Origin: Octopus vulgaris
Lineage: Eukaryota
DNA: 64,000 bases
Direction of reading: 5' to 3'
NCBI GenBank assembly: GCA_951406725.2
Contig: OX597818.1
Location: forward strand, 21,080,001 to 21,144,000
The notes below the pieces were generated by a model. That model was not told the DNA's origin and did no database searches. It worked only from the letters and a program-made list of their open reading frames with translations. Shown piece by piece: positions 13,714 to 27,056 of this stretch; the stretch's first letter is position 1; every line of letters starts with the position of its first letter. The position numbers and the translations under genes were made by a program.

Positions 13714-14014
13714 AAGGAAAGAATTGAATGTCAAGTTACGTCTATTAGAAAGAAATGAAATGAAAGAGAGAGAGAGAGAGAGAGTGGACAAAAGAGAGAG
13801 AAAGTGAGAGGTAGAGAGAGAAAGAGAGAGAGGTGAACAGAAAACGAAAGAGAGAATTGGAGAGTTATTAATATTGAGCTGGATGTAGAAAAAAGAGGCA
13901 GTGAAAAAAAAGGAGAACGAGAATGTGAAGGATAAGCAGAGAGAGGGAGAGAGAAAGAGAGAGTTATGTTGCAGAAAATGAAAAAATTCCACTTAATATT
14001 TATTGAAGACAAGG

Positions 14015-14215
14015 AGACAAGCTGGCTGAAGCGTTTAGCACGCCGGGCAAAATGCTTAGCGGCACTTCGTCCATCTTTACGCTCTGAGTTCAAATTCTGC
14101 CGAGGTTAATTTTGCCTTTCATTCTTTCGGGGTCGATCAAATAAGTACCAATTGAGCACTGGAGACTTTCCCACCTCCATCCCAATTGCTGGCCTTGTGC
14201 TAATTTTTGAAATCA
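14015..14215 (+). mobile_element. SINE family C
   Basis: GCTGGC..TTAGCACGCCGGGCAAAATGCTTAGCGG..GAGTTCAAATTC (B-box-like)..TTTGCCTTTCAT; further copies at 25710-25900, 39140-39330(-) and 53000-53400. Confidence 0.75.
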
Positions 14216-14711
14216 ATATTTACTGAAGTCTGTTATTGCACAATCAAAACTTCGGGTTCAGTCCTACTGCGCGGCACCTTGGACAAGTAAGTGTCTTCTA
14301 ATGCATTCTCGGGCCGACCAAAGCCTTGTGAGTAGATTTGGTAGAAGGAAATTGAAAGAAGAAAAATTGTCCTATAAAAATGAAACTAAATCGCGATAGA
14401 CGGAAGCGACGACAGGAAATCCCATAATTTCATGTAAACAAGGTATGACAACCAATGTTTGGAACGTACGTATGTTTAATATAACATGAAAACCGTACAT
14501 TTTATATAAGATGCAAACAATTACTTTTACGCGAAAACATAACAGTCACTGATGCACGAAATGAGATTCATGAATTGTTTCATCATTTCTAAATTTGCTT
14601 CACCACACAAACTTATGGAGATACCATGTGAATAAATCATCACTAGTCTCATATTGTCATGTGATCTTCTTGGCGAGCGTCCATCGTCCTCTGTAGTTTG
14701 AGTATGGATGA

Positions 14712-15134
14712 GGATCTTTTCGGTTTGAACGGCAGTTTTTTTCTGGCGGTGTCATATGAAATTGTCACCCATAATTATGACCCTAGTATCGATCTATTGC
14801 ATTTCAATCTGTTTTAGGGTTAGGGTTAGGGTTGGGGTTAGGGGTGGGGGGAAGAGTATCTTTTTTTCTTCAGAAATGTAAATAAACCCAATCTGTTTTT
14901 TAAACGAGGGGCATATTCATACGGCACAGAATGTTTTCACCTCAACAGACGTCACTGATTGGTTGAAATTGCAGAAAAAAACAACAACAAATATCTTACA
15001 AACTATAGAATTTTCTCAATAAAGCCAAGAGAAAAGGATGTTTTATAAACACATTGTACCAGTATACGAAGTTTAAAAGTGTTTAGTTACGTGGAAATTA
15101 TTTTTTAAAACTGCTGTTCAAACCGAAAAGATCC
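14712..15134. mobile_element. MITE (Merlin-like) carrying internal TTAGGG repeats
   Basis: 28-bp TIR GGATCTTTTCGGTTTGAACGGCAGTTTT with one mismatch; TSD ATGGATGA/ATGAATGA; TTAGGG run at ~14814-14843. Confidence 0.85.
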
Positions 15135-15326
15135 ATGAATGATGTCATTTAGATAAACAAAATTGAGTGAAACGACTGACAATTTCATATAAAGTAATAA
15201 AGTAGCTAATGAATTAAATTTCATGAGTAACAATGTTGCAAAGATCCAAGCACGAAATCTACTCAGTGAATATGAATTTGTTTAATGAAATTTTGGTCTG
15301 ACACTGTCGTTAGTTCTTCATTCTAT

Positions 15327-15395
15327 CATAATTTACTTTCACTTATTTAGTATAATTTACTTTCACTTTTTTAGTATAATTTACTTTCACTTTTT
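15327..15395. repeat. Minisatellite, ~24-bp unit x3
   Basis: ATAATTTACTTTCACTT[A/T]TTTAGT repeated three times. Confidence 0.85.
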
Positions 15396-15993
15396 ACGAC
15401 AGTAAACTGCATGTTAACCAATATCTATTTTTGTGTGTCTTAATATTTGTGTTGTGTTTGTCCTGCCACCACCATTCGACAACCGGTGTTGGTTAATTTA
15501 CGTCCAAATAACTTAGCGGCAAAATGAAAAAGACTGACAGCAAAAAGTACCAAACTTTAAGAGAAAAATATTTAAAGTACTAAGATCGATTTGTTTGATT
15601 AAAATCATTCAAGACTGCAGTCCAATGATTGAAACAAGTATAAGATAAAAGACATGTACACTGGAATCTGAACTTCTATAATCATTAATTCATTAAAATG
15701 GTGGTTCCTTTTCACATTGGTTGTTTGTTAAAATGAAATACTGATTGTTGTGATTTCAAATGATAATGAAAATAGAAGCTTTTAGAATCACTTTATTCAT
15801 TTCAAATCAAATACATGATCAATTCATGCTACATTTCACTAATTTTATTTCCCAAAATCGACCTAAGAAATGTTATGCAATTAACCGAAATTAACGTCAT
15901 CTGCATATGCAGTTAAACGAACTGCATTATTTATGTACAATTGACAGGGTATGTTTGCATGTATGTATAATGAGTGTATGTGTGTGTGTATAC

Positions 15994-16185
<192 letters not shown>

Positions 16186-16589
16186 CTTTCTATTTTGGTT
16201 TTAAAGCTCGGGTTTACCCAATTAAGCTCAACCAATACTACTGGCTATTAGACAAGACAGTAATCTGGAGAGTGTCATTTCAAAGGCACTGGAAAAGTAA
16301 TCAATCGTTGGTATACTGGTTTGTTTACATCTCCGTAATTCAGCGGTTCGGCAAAAGTCGATCAAAGAAATAAGTACCAGACTTAAATTATAAGAACTCG
16401 GTCGAGTTATTCGACTAAACCTTTCAAGGCAGTGCCATTGCATGTCCACAGTCCAGTGACTGAAACAAATTCACGATAAAGAAAATGTACATACATACAT
16501 ACATACATACATACATACATACATACATACATACATACATACATACATACATACATACATACATACATACATAACGCGTGTGTGTGTAT

Positions 16590-17035
16590 TTACATATCAA
16601 GGATTGAACAGACAGAACACAACAAGGAGAAAAAGTTAGACGAAAGTAGAGCAAATGGGAAACTAGGTGAAAACTTAACGGACGGGGAATATAGACAAAG
16701 ACACAATACACGGAGTATTCGCAGCAAAATATCATCGTGGTTTCGCACCATTATCATTGAGACCACTCAATCTTAATGGTGCTAGTGCTGTTATTAAGTT
16801 ACTGGGAAAAAGCTAGCGAGTGTATACTGAGGCAGAAACCAACAAGACAGTATATAAACAATGGTGCGAAACTACGATGATACTTTGGTTCATTGACTGA
16901 CGAGGAAAACTCAGCTGCAAATATTCCGTGTATGAGTTTTCCATGTAAGTTTTCATCTAGTTTCACGTTTGCTCTACTTCCGTCTAACTTTTTCTCTTTG
17001 TTTTGTTCTGTCCGCTCAATCCTTGATACATCCAT
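16590..17035. mobile_element. Inverted pair of PLE-like pLTR fragments
   Basis: 16590-16752 is a diverged reverse complement of 16860-17030; hammerhead-like GAAAC and CTGACGA words in the right arm. Confidence 0.6.
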
Positions 17036-17078
17036 GTAGTGTAGCGCAACGCACACCCTGTTTGTTTTACTTTATATA

Positions 17079-17181
<103 letters not shown>

Positions 17182-17248
17182 CATACATACATACATACAT
17201 AGATACATACATACATATAGATATATATATATATATATAGATAGATAA

Positions 17249-17371
<123 letters not shown>

Positions 17372-17559
17372 TACCACGTGGTCACGTTACTGATCAGGCT
17401 ATCAGATGTTGATGCACATCGCTGGTTACAACGCGCTTTTGCATTGTTTAGCCTTCAAATGGCGCCAACTTTTGGTGAAAGAGAGAGTTCGACACTACTG
17501 TCCTCTTTTTAATTTCCTGTTTGATATAGGTTCATTTGAGACTTTGGATAGCTGGAGGT

Positions 17560-18560
17560 CAAGTTGTTTCTTGAAAACATCTACTCCTACCCTATGAAGA
17601 TCCCTTAGATGTTTTGGAAAGGCATCAAATAGCTATGGGTTCTTGAACCCCAAATTATTGCAGTACATGGTCCTCAGTCTAGACGGGATAGCTGGGTGAA
17701 CAGCGCAGTGACGTCCAGTTGGAGGGCTGGTATAGCTTTCGATACTAAAGTTTGGTGCCACGCCCTCTAGGATCTTCCATACGTACTTCACTGCATACCT
17801 TCCTCGTCTTGGAGTTGCTGAGCTACTGAGAGAGACTGAGCGAGTCGTAGCTCGCTCAGTCTCTCTCAGTAGCTCAGCTGTTCCATTGATGCAATCTTTC
17901 TGGTGTAGCACCGCTGAACTACATCAAGTTCTGTTATTAACTTGACACTCTAAGGTGACCACAGTTGAGAGCAATATTCCAGACAGCTAAGTACAAATAT
18001 CCTCCATAGAACCAGCATAGTTTCCTGGTCCCTTGTTCTGAATGTTCTCAGAATCCATCCGGCTATTCGCCAGCACAATGCCATCATCTTGGTGGTATAT
18101 ACATGAAACGAGGTATCGCTGCTCATATCAATCCCCAGATCACGCACCGTACGTTACTCTGGGACTGCCGCCCCTTTTGGCCCAAAGTATTGTTGTTGCG
18201 GCTTGTGAGTACCAAATAGTTGGTAGCGGAGGGCTCAGAATTTACCTGCATTAAATTGCGTGTTATTTTCTTCTACCCATTTACATATGGTAACTGATAG
18301 CATGTCTGAAAGAGACGCCATGAACAGTAGCGGCTCCAAATGCAGTTCCCCGAGGCACTCCACTCTCTATTACTGGATTCTGTCTTTTAAGAAGTCATGC
18401 AACCACTCTCCCAGTTATCCGACTATGCCGAGCATCCGTAGCTTGTGACATGTGATGCCGTGATCAACCTTATTAAAGAGCATTGCAAAATTGAGATATA
18501 TCACATACAGTTTGAGCGATTCATTAATTGTTTCAACACTCAATCATAGCGCTGCAACCA
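17560..18560 (-). mobile_element. CR1/L2-group LINE RT fragment, decayed
   Basis: IYLNFA..NKVDHG (equivalent to DFAKAFDKVDH), GVPRG, RDLGI, LEYCSQLWSP, YVWKIL. Confidence 0.8.
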
Positions 18561-18569
18561 TCTTGTGCG

Positions 18570-18850
18570 GGACCTGTCACTTGGCCACTTGGCCTCTTCC
18601 AGCCCGCAACTGTTGCGTCGAATGTGAGTAAAGCCCTGGTAGGATGATCTAGCGGGAGATGGAGGACATATCCGTACCAGTGCACGCGACGGATAGCGAC
18701 GAAGTGAGATGCTGCGAGCTGATGCGTGCGCGCACGCAGTTCTTTGTAGGAAACGTGATTATTTCATTGTAGATTGTAAATAGTCCTTCATATGTTTCAG
18801 CTTTGTAAATCTTTTCTCGTATGTAGCCATAGACTTACAGATCGTCAGAA
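18570..18850 (-). mobile_element. RTE-like LINE 3' fragment
   Basis: RRVHWYGYVLHLPLDHPTRALL..GWKRPSG. Confidence 0.6.
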
Positions 18851-18887
18851 ACAATGTGGAAGAGTGGAAGAGTGAGGAGAAATTTAG

Positions 18888-19060
18888 TGGAGGCGCAAGG
18901 CTTGATAGTTATGAGTGCTGGAATCATGGTTGTAAAACTTGTCGTTTCGACTCCTGAACAGAGTTATACGTTGTGTTCATGAACAAAACACTTCAGCTAA
19001 TGTTGCTCCAGTTCACTCAGCTGGCAAAAAAATGAGTAATCTTGTGACGGACCGGCGCTA
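18888..19060 (+). mobile_element. tRNA-derived SINE family B, diverged
   Basis: GGAGGCGC.. head and GTTGCTCCAGTTCACTCAGCTGGCAAAAA core shared with 40889-41120. Confidence 0.7.
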
Positions 19061-19974
19061 GGATTGGCTGGCGACGCAGTATTGAACCTACAAGCTGAGG
19101 CAACTTACGATTGTCGTTTATTGTTAGTTCACCATAATTTACCAGATGATGGCGGATTTTTGTTTTGATGTAATCTAAGTGTGGCATCAATAAAATGCTG
19201 CCAAAGAGTTATTGTGAATTTTAAACCCCACTTGTGTTCTGCATTATGTGGGTGTGTGTATGTATGTATGTATGTATGTATGTATGTATGTATGTATGTA
19301 TGTATGTATGTATGTATGTGCATATGTATGTGTGTGTACATGTATATATTATATTATGTATATGTATATCTAAACATATGCATACACACACACTTGTAAT
19401 GATACACGCTCTCATACATAATCAAGTAACAATAGTTTTGAGTGTATCAACATTGACGAACAAAAGGGAGATTGTCGCCATTATTTAAAACAAATGATTT
19501 ATCCATCACTCACCCAAAACGTAATTATGATACATTTCCAAATGAGCATATTTTAACTAAAAAAAGACATAAAACAAAATAAAATTTGAATTATTATAAA
19601 ATGGCGCCCGACAAAATTTGGCGCCTGCGACATATCTCGACCAGCTCCACTCTAGTTATGTCACTGGATTTACCTATTTGAGCAAAATATCCCTTTTTGG
19701 GATAACAATTCCAAATAGACTTGGGCACTGGACACTACTTTCTATGGTGGTAAACTTCGCACAAAAGAATGAGAAAGTACAAGCGTTTTTTATTTTTAAC
19801 CTTTTGTACGAAGTTGTTATTGAATTTGTATTGTCTTTGAATAATAAAACAGCATTCAATATTATTCTGTACTAGATTCACAGGAATACAGTTTTTATAT
19901 TAGTACATACATACATAATGCATACATACATACATACATACATACATACATACATACATACATACATACATACA

Positions 19975-20730
19975 ATGCGGAACTTACAGTCCTTGTACCC
20001 ATATTGTGAATTCTCATTTGTATCTCTCATCGGTTTCACTGAAAAAGAGCAAAAGAAACTGACGAAGATTCTGAATATCAAATTTATTTGGGGCACAGTG
20101 AATATTTGTAAGACATTCCAAAAATTCTTCAACTGAGATTTTTATGTGAATAAATACACACACTGGTGTATACATCGGCAATTCAACTCAACACACAAAC
20201 TCAACCACATATTTACAGACACCAGGAACTCTCTTGACTCAAAAAGTTTTGTCGCTTTGTTAGCGACAAGCGTGGACTCTCTCAAGAACTTAAATAAAAC
20301 TCAAATAAAAATCATACATTGAAAAATCTGCAATTACTCTATCCACACTACAAGTTCAAGTTTATACCTGTAATTATTGGAGTCCTGGGATATGTAACAC
20401 ACTGTCTAAATACCGATCTTGAGAAATTAGGCTTCTCAAAACCAGAAAGGAGAAAGTTGAGTCGAAGACTACAGATCCAATCTATCACTGGAACTGTAAA
20501 AATCTGTAAAACTTCCCCAAAGTTTATAATTTAAGTATATATGAGCATGTCTAGATATGCAAGTATATGCGTGAGAAGACATACATAAAAAAATTAAAAT
20601 CTGCACGTATATATACATACGTACAGAAATATCGTTGTTGATGTTGAAATTCCAATGAAGAAGCCTTAAATCTAGGTTAGAAACCGGCTTTTTCTCTATT
20701 GGCAAGAAATCTTGAAATAAAACTGATTAA
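19975..20730 (+). mobile_element. Two tandem 5'-truncated R4/Dong-like LINE 3' ends
   Basis: RNLQSLYP..GTVNICKTF and NLQLLYP..IIGVLG..TGTVKICKT, matching the C-terminus of the 35836-37462 copy; each preceded by CATA repeats. Confidence 0.8.
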
Positions 20731-21049
20731 TGACATATATATATAGTTTCTATTGAAACATTGCACAAAAATGTGTTGTCTGAGAAATACATTAAAGGTA
20801 CTAGGGTCTGTAAAATTGGCAGCCACTGAAACATATATAATGCAGCGATAGTCAATAAAATAAATATAAATTTTTTAAAGTTATCCTTCTGTGCGACATG
20901 GTATCAAATTATACACGTTTCAGTACTGGTCTGCAGCCCGAGAATTGACGGCCGTTGACATACAGGATTGCAAAATGATCGTAGAATTTGTAAGGCTCTT
21001 TCTTTTACTAGCTTAAAAAGATAAAAGACAAATGTTTGATTTAAGTCTT

Positions 21050-22215
21050 CAATTGTGGAAATCTTACAAAATTCGGCTGTCCTCCAACCGCTTCAACTAT
21101 CATTCGCAAATTCCATGACGGAATGCTAGCCAGTCTCTCTCGGTGGAACATCTTCAGAATAATTCAGTGTTAAATCGGGAGTCAAACAGGGCTTCGTTCT
21201 CGCTCCTGTTTTGCTCAACATCTACCTAGTAGCTATAACTCTCCCCTCCCGGGTCCATGTATCTCCCAACGATGGCATAAGCATTCATTGCCGCCTTTGA
21301 TGGCAGTATTTTCAACACCCGCCGGCTCAAATCGAAAGACCTATGCAAACATATTTTAATAAAAAGCATCCAGCAACATAATTATATATAAACGACACAC
21401 CTCTGTCAAACGTTGACACTTTTAATTACCTAGGCAGTGGCATATCACAAAATGAACATGTCAATGATGACATCCTACGACGGACCAACTACACCTCGTC
21501 CTCCTTTGGACGCTTCCGAGAACGAGTGTTTGTAAACAGAAATCTGAGGCTTGCCACTAAGATTGCTATCTATCGCGCCTTTGCCTTCTCAAAATTATTG
21601 TATGGCTGCGAATGGTGGACCTTATACTGCCATCATGTGACGAAGCTAGAGTCGTTTCACATCCATTGTCTCCAACGAATTTTACGCATTACTTGGAAAG
21701 ATAAGGTCCTCCACACAGAAATTCTCTAGCAAGCAGGAATCTCCAGCGCTGAAGCCATCATCAAACGCCGTCTTCTAAGATGGGTCAGCCACGTTATCAG
21801 GATGCCTGATAATCATCTCCGGAAAATGGTCTTCTTCGGAGAGGTATCGACCGGTCTTCGCCCGCACGGGAGACCCAAGAAGAGATTCAAGGACCATCTT
21901 AAGCTTGTCCTCAACTCCTGCAACATTCAGCCGGCACAACATTTTGCTCGGAACTGACAAACCTGGCAATCCCTCTACGACAAAGGAACCGCACACTTTG
22001 AACTAATCCGACGTGAGAAACTTGAGGAAAAGAGACGTCAACGCCATCTCAGACTCACCAACAACATAATGAGTAACTTTCCTTGTCATCTGTATTCAAG
22101 GACATGCCATTCCAGGATCGGACTGTTTTCACATGTCAACTCACAAGATGTAGGATAAGACTCCTAGAGGACAACGTCGTCGTCAACATTGACGGACAGC
22201 TATAAGCAAGTAAGC
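21050..22215 (+). mobile_element. RTE (BovB-like) LINE, decayed and internally deleted
   Basis: FHDGM, GVKQGFVLAP, FNYLGS, LLYGCE, LRWVSHVIRMPD, GRPKKRFKD, C-terminal CHxxSRTCHSRIGLFSH; TAAGCAAG tail. Confidence 0.85.
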
Positions 22216-22431
22216 AGAGCTGAAATATATTTATAAGTAGTTAAGTCTATATCCGATCATAGAGTGACCAATTGTTTCGCATCTAAACGTCTCTCGGCTT
22301 TAGAGTCTGATGAGACATTCATCAAATTCACTTACAAGGCATTGGTTAGGCGAGATGACGCGCAGTGATACTGAACCTGAAGCCACGTAGTTGCAAAGTG
22401 AGTTTCTTAACTATACGGCATGTGTGTGTGT

Positions 22432-22478
<47 letters not shown>

Positions 22479-23138
22479 TGTGTGTGTGTGTGCGCGCGCG
22501 CGCGCGATCTATATTTGCCTCTTCCCTGTGGATCTGCGGTGTTGAAGAACTCATCAAGCCTGCGTATTTGCATATCTCGCAGTGGGGAAGTAAAGAATAC
22601 TTTGGAATTGTTTATTTAATATTTCGCTTATCCTCAAGGGTCTGCAGTCTGTGAGCCGTTTTCTTCAAACAGTGACCTTATCTTATAACACACCGAAGAA
22701 AATTCTTAGATTTCCTTTCTCATTTTCAACTATCTTGACTTATTTTCTTCCCTTTTTTTTCTGCATGGGAGAGGCTTATTTTCTTCTCTTTCTTCTCCAT
22801 GGGAGAGTATATTTTCGGTGTCTTTTGAGGTGAGACTTCTTGTTGTCATTAAGTTGTTTATTTACGCGATTTGAAACCTTTATTCTTCATCTCATAAAGA
22901 CTCTCCTGTCCCCAAGCAAAATGTTTTTGTGCGTGATACTCTTCTGTCTGGGACACATTTATGGTAAAAGCTTGCATCATTGACATACATTCTTTGAGTT
23001 TCATTTCACTGTCATGCGGAGAAATGCTTTGGGGCCTTTTTTTTTTTCTATTTGAACCATCTTCCAGTTCAGGCTGTGCAGGGTTTGAGTGCTTCTTGTG
23101 TGGTATAAATAATTTTGGTCTATATATCGTTAGTTCTA

Positions 23139-24404
23139 TCAGGTCATCCCATAAGTTCTGTCCGAATTTTGAATAAAGAAAACAAGTAATCAAATGTTAT
23201 ATTTAATTGAAATTTAATCCTCAGTGTACTTTCCTTGATTATCTATGACTTCCTTCCATCTATTTACAAGCTTTTTAATCCCATCAATGTAAAACTCTTT
23301 TGGTTTCAAAGCGAAGAACTCTGAAATGTCAGTTTCGACCTCCTCCTGGCTTGCGAAAGTTATGTCCCCCAAATGATTCTGTAAACTACGAAACAAATGG
23401 TAGTCTGAAGGAGCAAGATCGGGAGAATAAGGTGGATGAGGAATTTTTTCCCAACCAAGCTCTTCGATCTTCTGTGATGTGATCTTTGCAGTGTGGAGTC
23501 GCACATTGTCCTGATGAAACATCACTCCTTTTCGATTCACTAAAGTGGGTCTTTTTTCTTCAAAGCTTGCTGGCTGACAGTAGACTTGAGCATTGATTGT
23601 TGCATTAGGTGGTAACAATTCAAAGTGAATTACTCCTTTGCAATCCCATCAGATAGAGAGAAGAACCTTTTTCCCATGAAGTTCCCTTCTTGGTTGTGGT
23701 TGAGCTTTTTTCCCTTTTACCAAGCCACGACGTTTAACATTTCGATAGAAGATTCATTTTTCGTCACCAGTCACAAGTCTATCCAAAAAGGGTGAAATGA
23801 GTTCGCGAGAATGGAGAGAAGAGCAGATGTCAACTCGGGTTTTCGGTTGCTTTCGGACAATTCACGAGGAAGCCATTTTCCAAGTTTAGGAACCTTTCCA
23901 AGTTGTTGAAGATGACGATGAACAGTTGTATGGTTTGAACTAAGCTTTATTGCCAATTCTTCAACTGATAATGCAAGATTTTCTTTAAGTAATGCCTCAA
24001 GGAGCTTATCATGAAACTCAACTGGTCGTCCTGTTCGATTTTCATCTTCAAGGTTGAAATCTCCACTTCTGAATTTTGCAAACCATCTTCTGCAAGTTCT
24101 TTTATTCAAGCATTCTTTCCCATAAACTGAGCGTATGTTTCGAGTCGCTTCGGCTGCAGTGCTTCCTTTTTTGTACTCATAAAGCAGTATGTCCCTCAAA
24201 TGCTCTTTGGATACTTCCATGTCATAGAGGGTTTTAATCAAAGAAATTTTAATTCTATTATTCTGTAAAATAATATTTAATTAGTTTAAATGTACACAAA
24301 TGCATAAAAATAGTATTTAATTCCATTAGACATTCTAAAATACTATTAAATTTCATTCAATTTTAAAAAAGGTAAAATCGGACAGAACTTATGAGGTGAT
24401 TTGA
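23139..24404 (-). mobile_element. Full-length mariner (DD34D) element, decayed
   Basis: TIRs TCAGGTCATCCCATAAGTTCTGTCCGA / TCGGACAGAACTTATGAGGTGATTTGA; TA TSD; 1266 bp. Confidence 0.93.
23214..24220 (-). pseudogene. mariner transposase with frameshifts and a stop
   Basis: HTH RRWFAKF, WLPRELS, VTGDEK*, FHQDN, PYSPDLAPSDYHLF. Confidence 0.92.
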
Positions 24405-24654
24405 TATTATGTTTTGGTCTGCAAAAACTGTTGGCGATACCTTTACATTGTGGGTAAGTTCCGCGTTATTAGTGAAGCAGAGATCTAAGATGTGGTTGTT
24501 AGCATTATTTGGACCATCTGATGTTTGTGAAATTGAAGTCGCCCGGTAGAAGTACATAAATTTACTGATCTAGTTTTGCTTGTACTTATTTTTAACATTC
24601 TAAAGCTTTCCTCAAATTTATCATCGTTTCTAGAGGTGTCGGGTGGACAATATA

Positions 24655-25138
24655 CGAAGGGTATTCCAGAAGTTTTGATACTTTTTTAAGAGTAGCACTT
24701 ACATCTAAGCTGATTTTCTAACCTTATTTTTTCTATTTCAGATTGGAGACTGCTGTAAAAGCATTTTGAACACACCTATTGAACACTGCTTGTCACAATT
24801 CCATCCTGGTAACCAACTGCTTGACGGAGATGGACATCAAAACTGTCCCTCACCTTCAATATAGTCCAGGTCTTGCTCCTTGTGACTTTTGGTTGTTTCC
24901 CAGGCTGAAGGAGAACTTTGGGGGCAATAGTTTTGAAAATGAAGGAGGCTGTGACAATGGCTCTGGATACCTACACTTTGGATCACTTCCATGGAGCCTT
25001 TGCCAAGAGGCTGGAGTACTACAACAAGAGTATTGAAGTCAGAGGATCCTACTTTGAGGAATATTAGACTTGTATACTTCTTTGAAATTAATAAATGTCT
25101 CTCCTGAAAAAGTCTCAAGACCTCTGGAATAAACTTCG
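24655..25138 (+). mobile_element. Internally deleted mariner (second family)
   Basis: TIRs CGAAGGGTATTCCAGAAG../..CTCTGGAATAAACTTCG; TA TSD; residual YSPGLAPCDFWLFPRLK. Confidence 0.85.
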
Positions 25139-25978
25139 TAATGTACATATTACATCAAGTTGCCTTATACGCATTATGGGTATGTCACAGACCGAGTTTA
25201 AAGATGACAACAGGGTTAAGGGTGTAAACATTCTATACACAAACACACATACACACACACATGTATTTATATGTAAATGTATATATTTGCATATATAGAC
25301 ACACACACACATATATATATACATATACAAATATAAGACAATATGTGTGCGCGCACGAGCGTTTATCAAAGGTAGTTTTGTTTCTTTTCTGAATATCTTT
25401 CTTAGCCTCTCCGTGACCACTTTAAAATCATTCTCTATTTTATAAGCCTGTTGCTACTTTTGGGAGGAACGAGATAATATTTTCAATTAAACTCAGCCTT
25501 GGAACTGTAAACTAAATACACCGAAACCATATTTTTTCCTGGGTTTTGCGATGTAAATTTCCAATTAATCTGGAATTCTAAAGCGTACACATGTTCAATA
25601 TATTCCTGGGGAGGGGCAGTCGATTAAATCTACCTCAATTTTCTGACTAGAGAACCATATCAAAGTCGATCCTGTTAGCAGTAACCTTTTAATATTAAAT
25701 AACTACAGTAAGACGGTGAGTCGGCAAAATGCTTAGTAGCATTTCGTTTGTCTTCATGTTCTGAGTTCAAATTTCACCGAGGTCAACTTTGCCTTTCATC
25801 ATTTCGAAGTCCATACAATAAGTACCTGTAGAACTCTAGGGTTAATGTAATCGGCGTACTCACTCACTCGAAATTGCTGGCCTTGTGGCAAATTTTGAAA
25901 CCTATGTTAAATAACCACGTTGAATATACATACATATGTGTGTGTCTGTATGTGTGTGTATGTTTGTATGTGTGCGTA

Positions 25979-26640
25979 TCTCTTATTATAAAAGGCAGAT
26001 TTTATCTGCCTCCCTTTGTATCTTATAGAAATCTACAATATAGGATTTCTTCAATTACAATTTACCTAGCATTTTTAAGAGTAGAATGCATCGGGTCGTG
26101 CCAGGTCCAGTTTTTAAAATTTCAACCCCAATTAAGCAAAATTTAGAGAAAACTCACATTGTGGTGTATAAGTCAAATGCTTTTCTTAGTGTGGGCTACA
26201 GCACTCGCACACACACACACAAAAAGGGAGCGATCTGATTCACTCACGCTATCACTCTCATTTCTACGACTTTCTCTTGCAAGTGTGCAACGATTAAACA
26301 GAAAGTATTTCTATAAAACGGATCACTCATGCTATAACAGAAACAAATAAATACATAACGATTTACTCCTAACACAATTTCTTCAATTAGAGTTTACCTG
26401 TGATTTTTCAAAGTAATTCCATTCGCTCATGCCATACTAAATTTCTTTCAATTTCACCCCCAATTAAGACAAAATTCGAGAAAACTCAATATTTTAACTT
26501 TTCACTCCCACTTCCTATTTACACACATAGACACGCTAATATATACGACAGTGTCAATTGTTGACAGACATTGTAAGCTAACGTGTGTGTGTGTGTGTGT
26601 GTCTGTGTGTCTGTGTGTGTGTGCTGTGTGTGCGTGTGTG

Positions 26641-26683
<43 letters not shown>

Positions 26684-26990
26684 CAGGGGTGAGCCATTCA
26701 GACTGGTCATCCATTTTGGCGAGAAGATCCCCTTATCGTCTTTTATGCTACACCACTGGTTTTCAGTTCAAGAAGGACTATTCATTATAATACATCAGTT
26801 CCACACATTTACCCTGGATTCCATTTCGGACAACTGCACAAACATTTGCCATTTCACACATGTATGTAAACAAACTCCTTTCTTAAAAATTTCAATTCAT
26901 TTTCAATTTACGTTTCTATACACTTTACGCAAATATTTGATTAAACAACTAAAACACTTCACATTTCGAACATGTACGTAAACTACTTCC
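25979..26990 (+). mobile_element. Probable non-autonomous Helitron-like element, 3' end not found
   Basis: A|TCTCTTATTATAAAAG start, AGGCAGAT-TTT-ATCTGCCT hairpin, internal direct repeats (26030-26160 vs 26375-26490). Confidence 0.4.
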
Positions 26991-27014
26991 TTTCTTGTGT
27001 ATATATATATATAC

Positions 27015-27056
<42 letters not shown>

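Larger units (their letters stand above)
22510..25255 (-). mobile_element. CR1-like LINE ORF2 APE endonuclease region, split by two mariner insertions
   Basis: VCVFVY..LLSSLNSVC, YCPPD (YRPP-like), HILDLCFTN, ADQNII (SDH-like); reading continues across both TA insertion sites. Confidence 0.65.

Noticed and set aside
13517-13992. Poly-Ser and poly-Leu ORFs
   Set aside because: (AGT)n/(AGC)n repeat with no coding context
14814-14843. Telomere or chromosome fusion scar
   Set aside because: Only a few units, lying inside a TIR/TSD-bounded MITE
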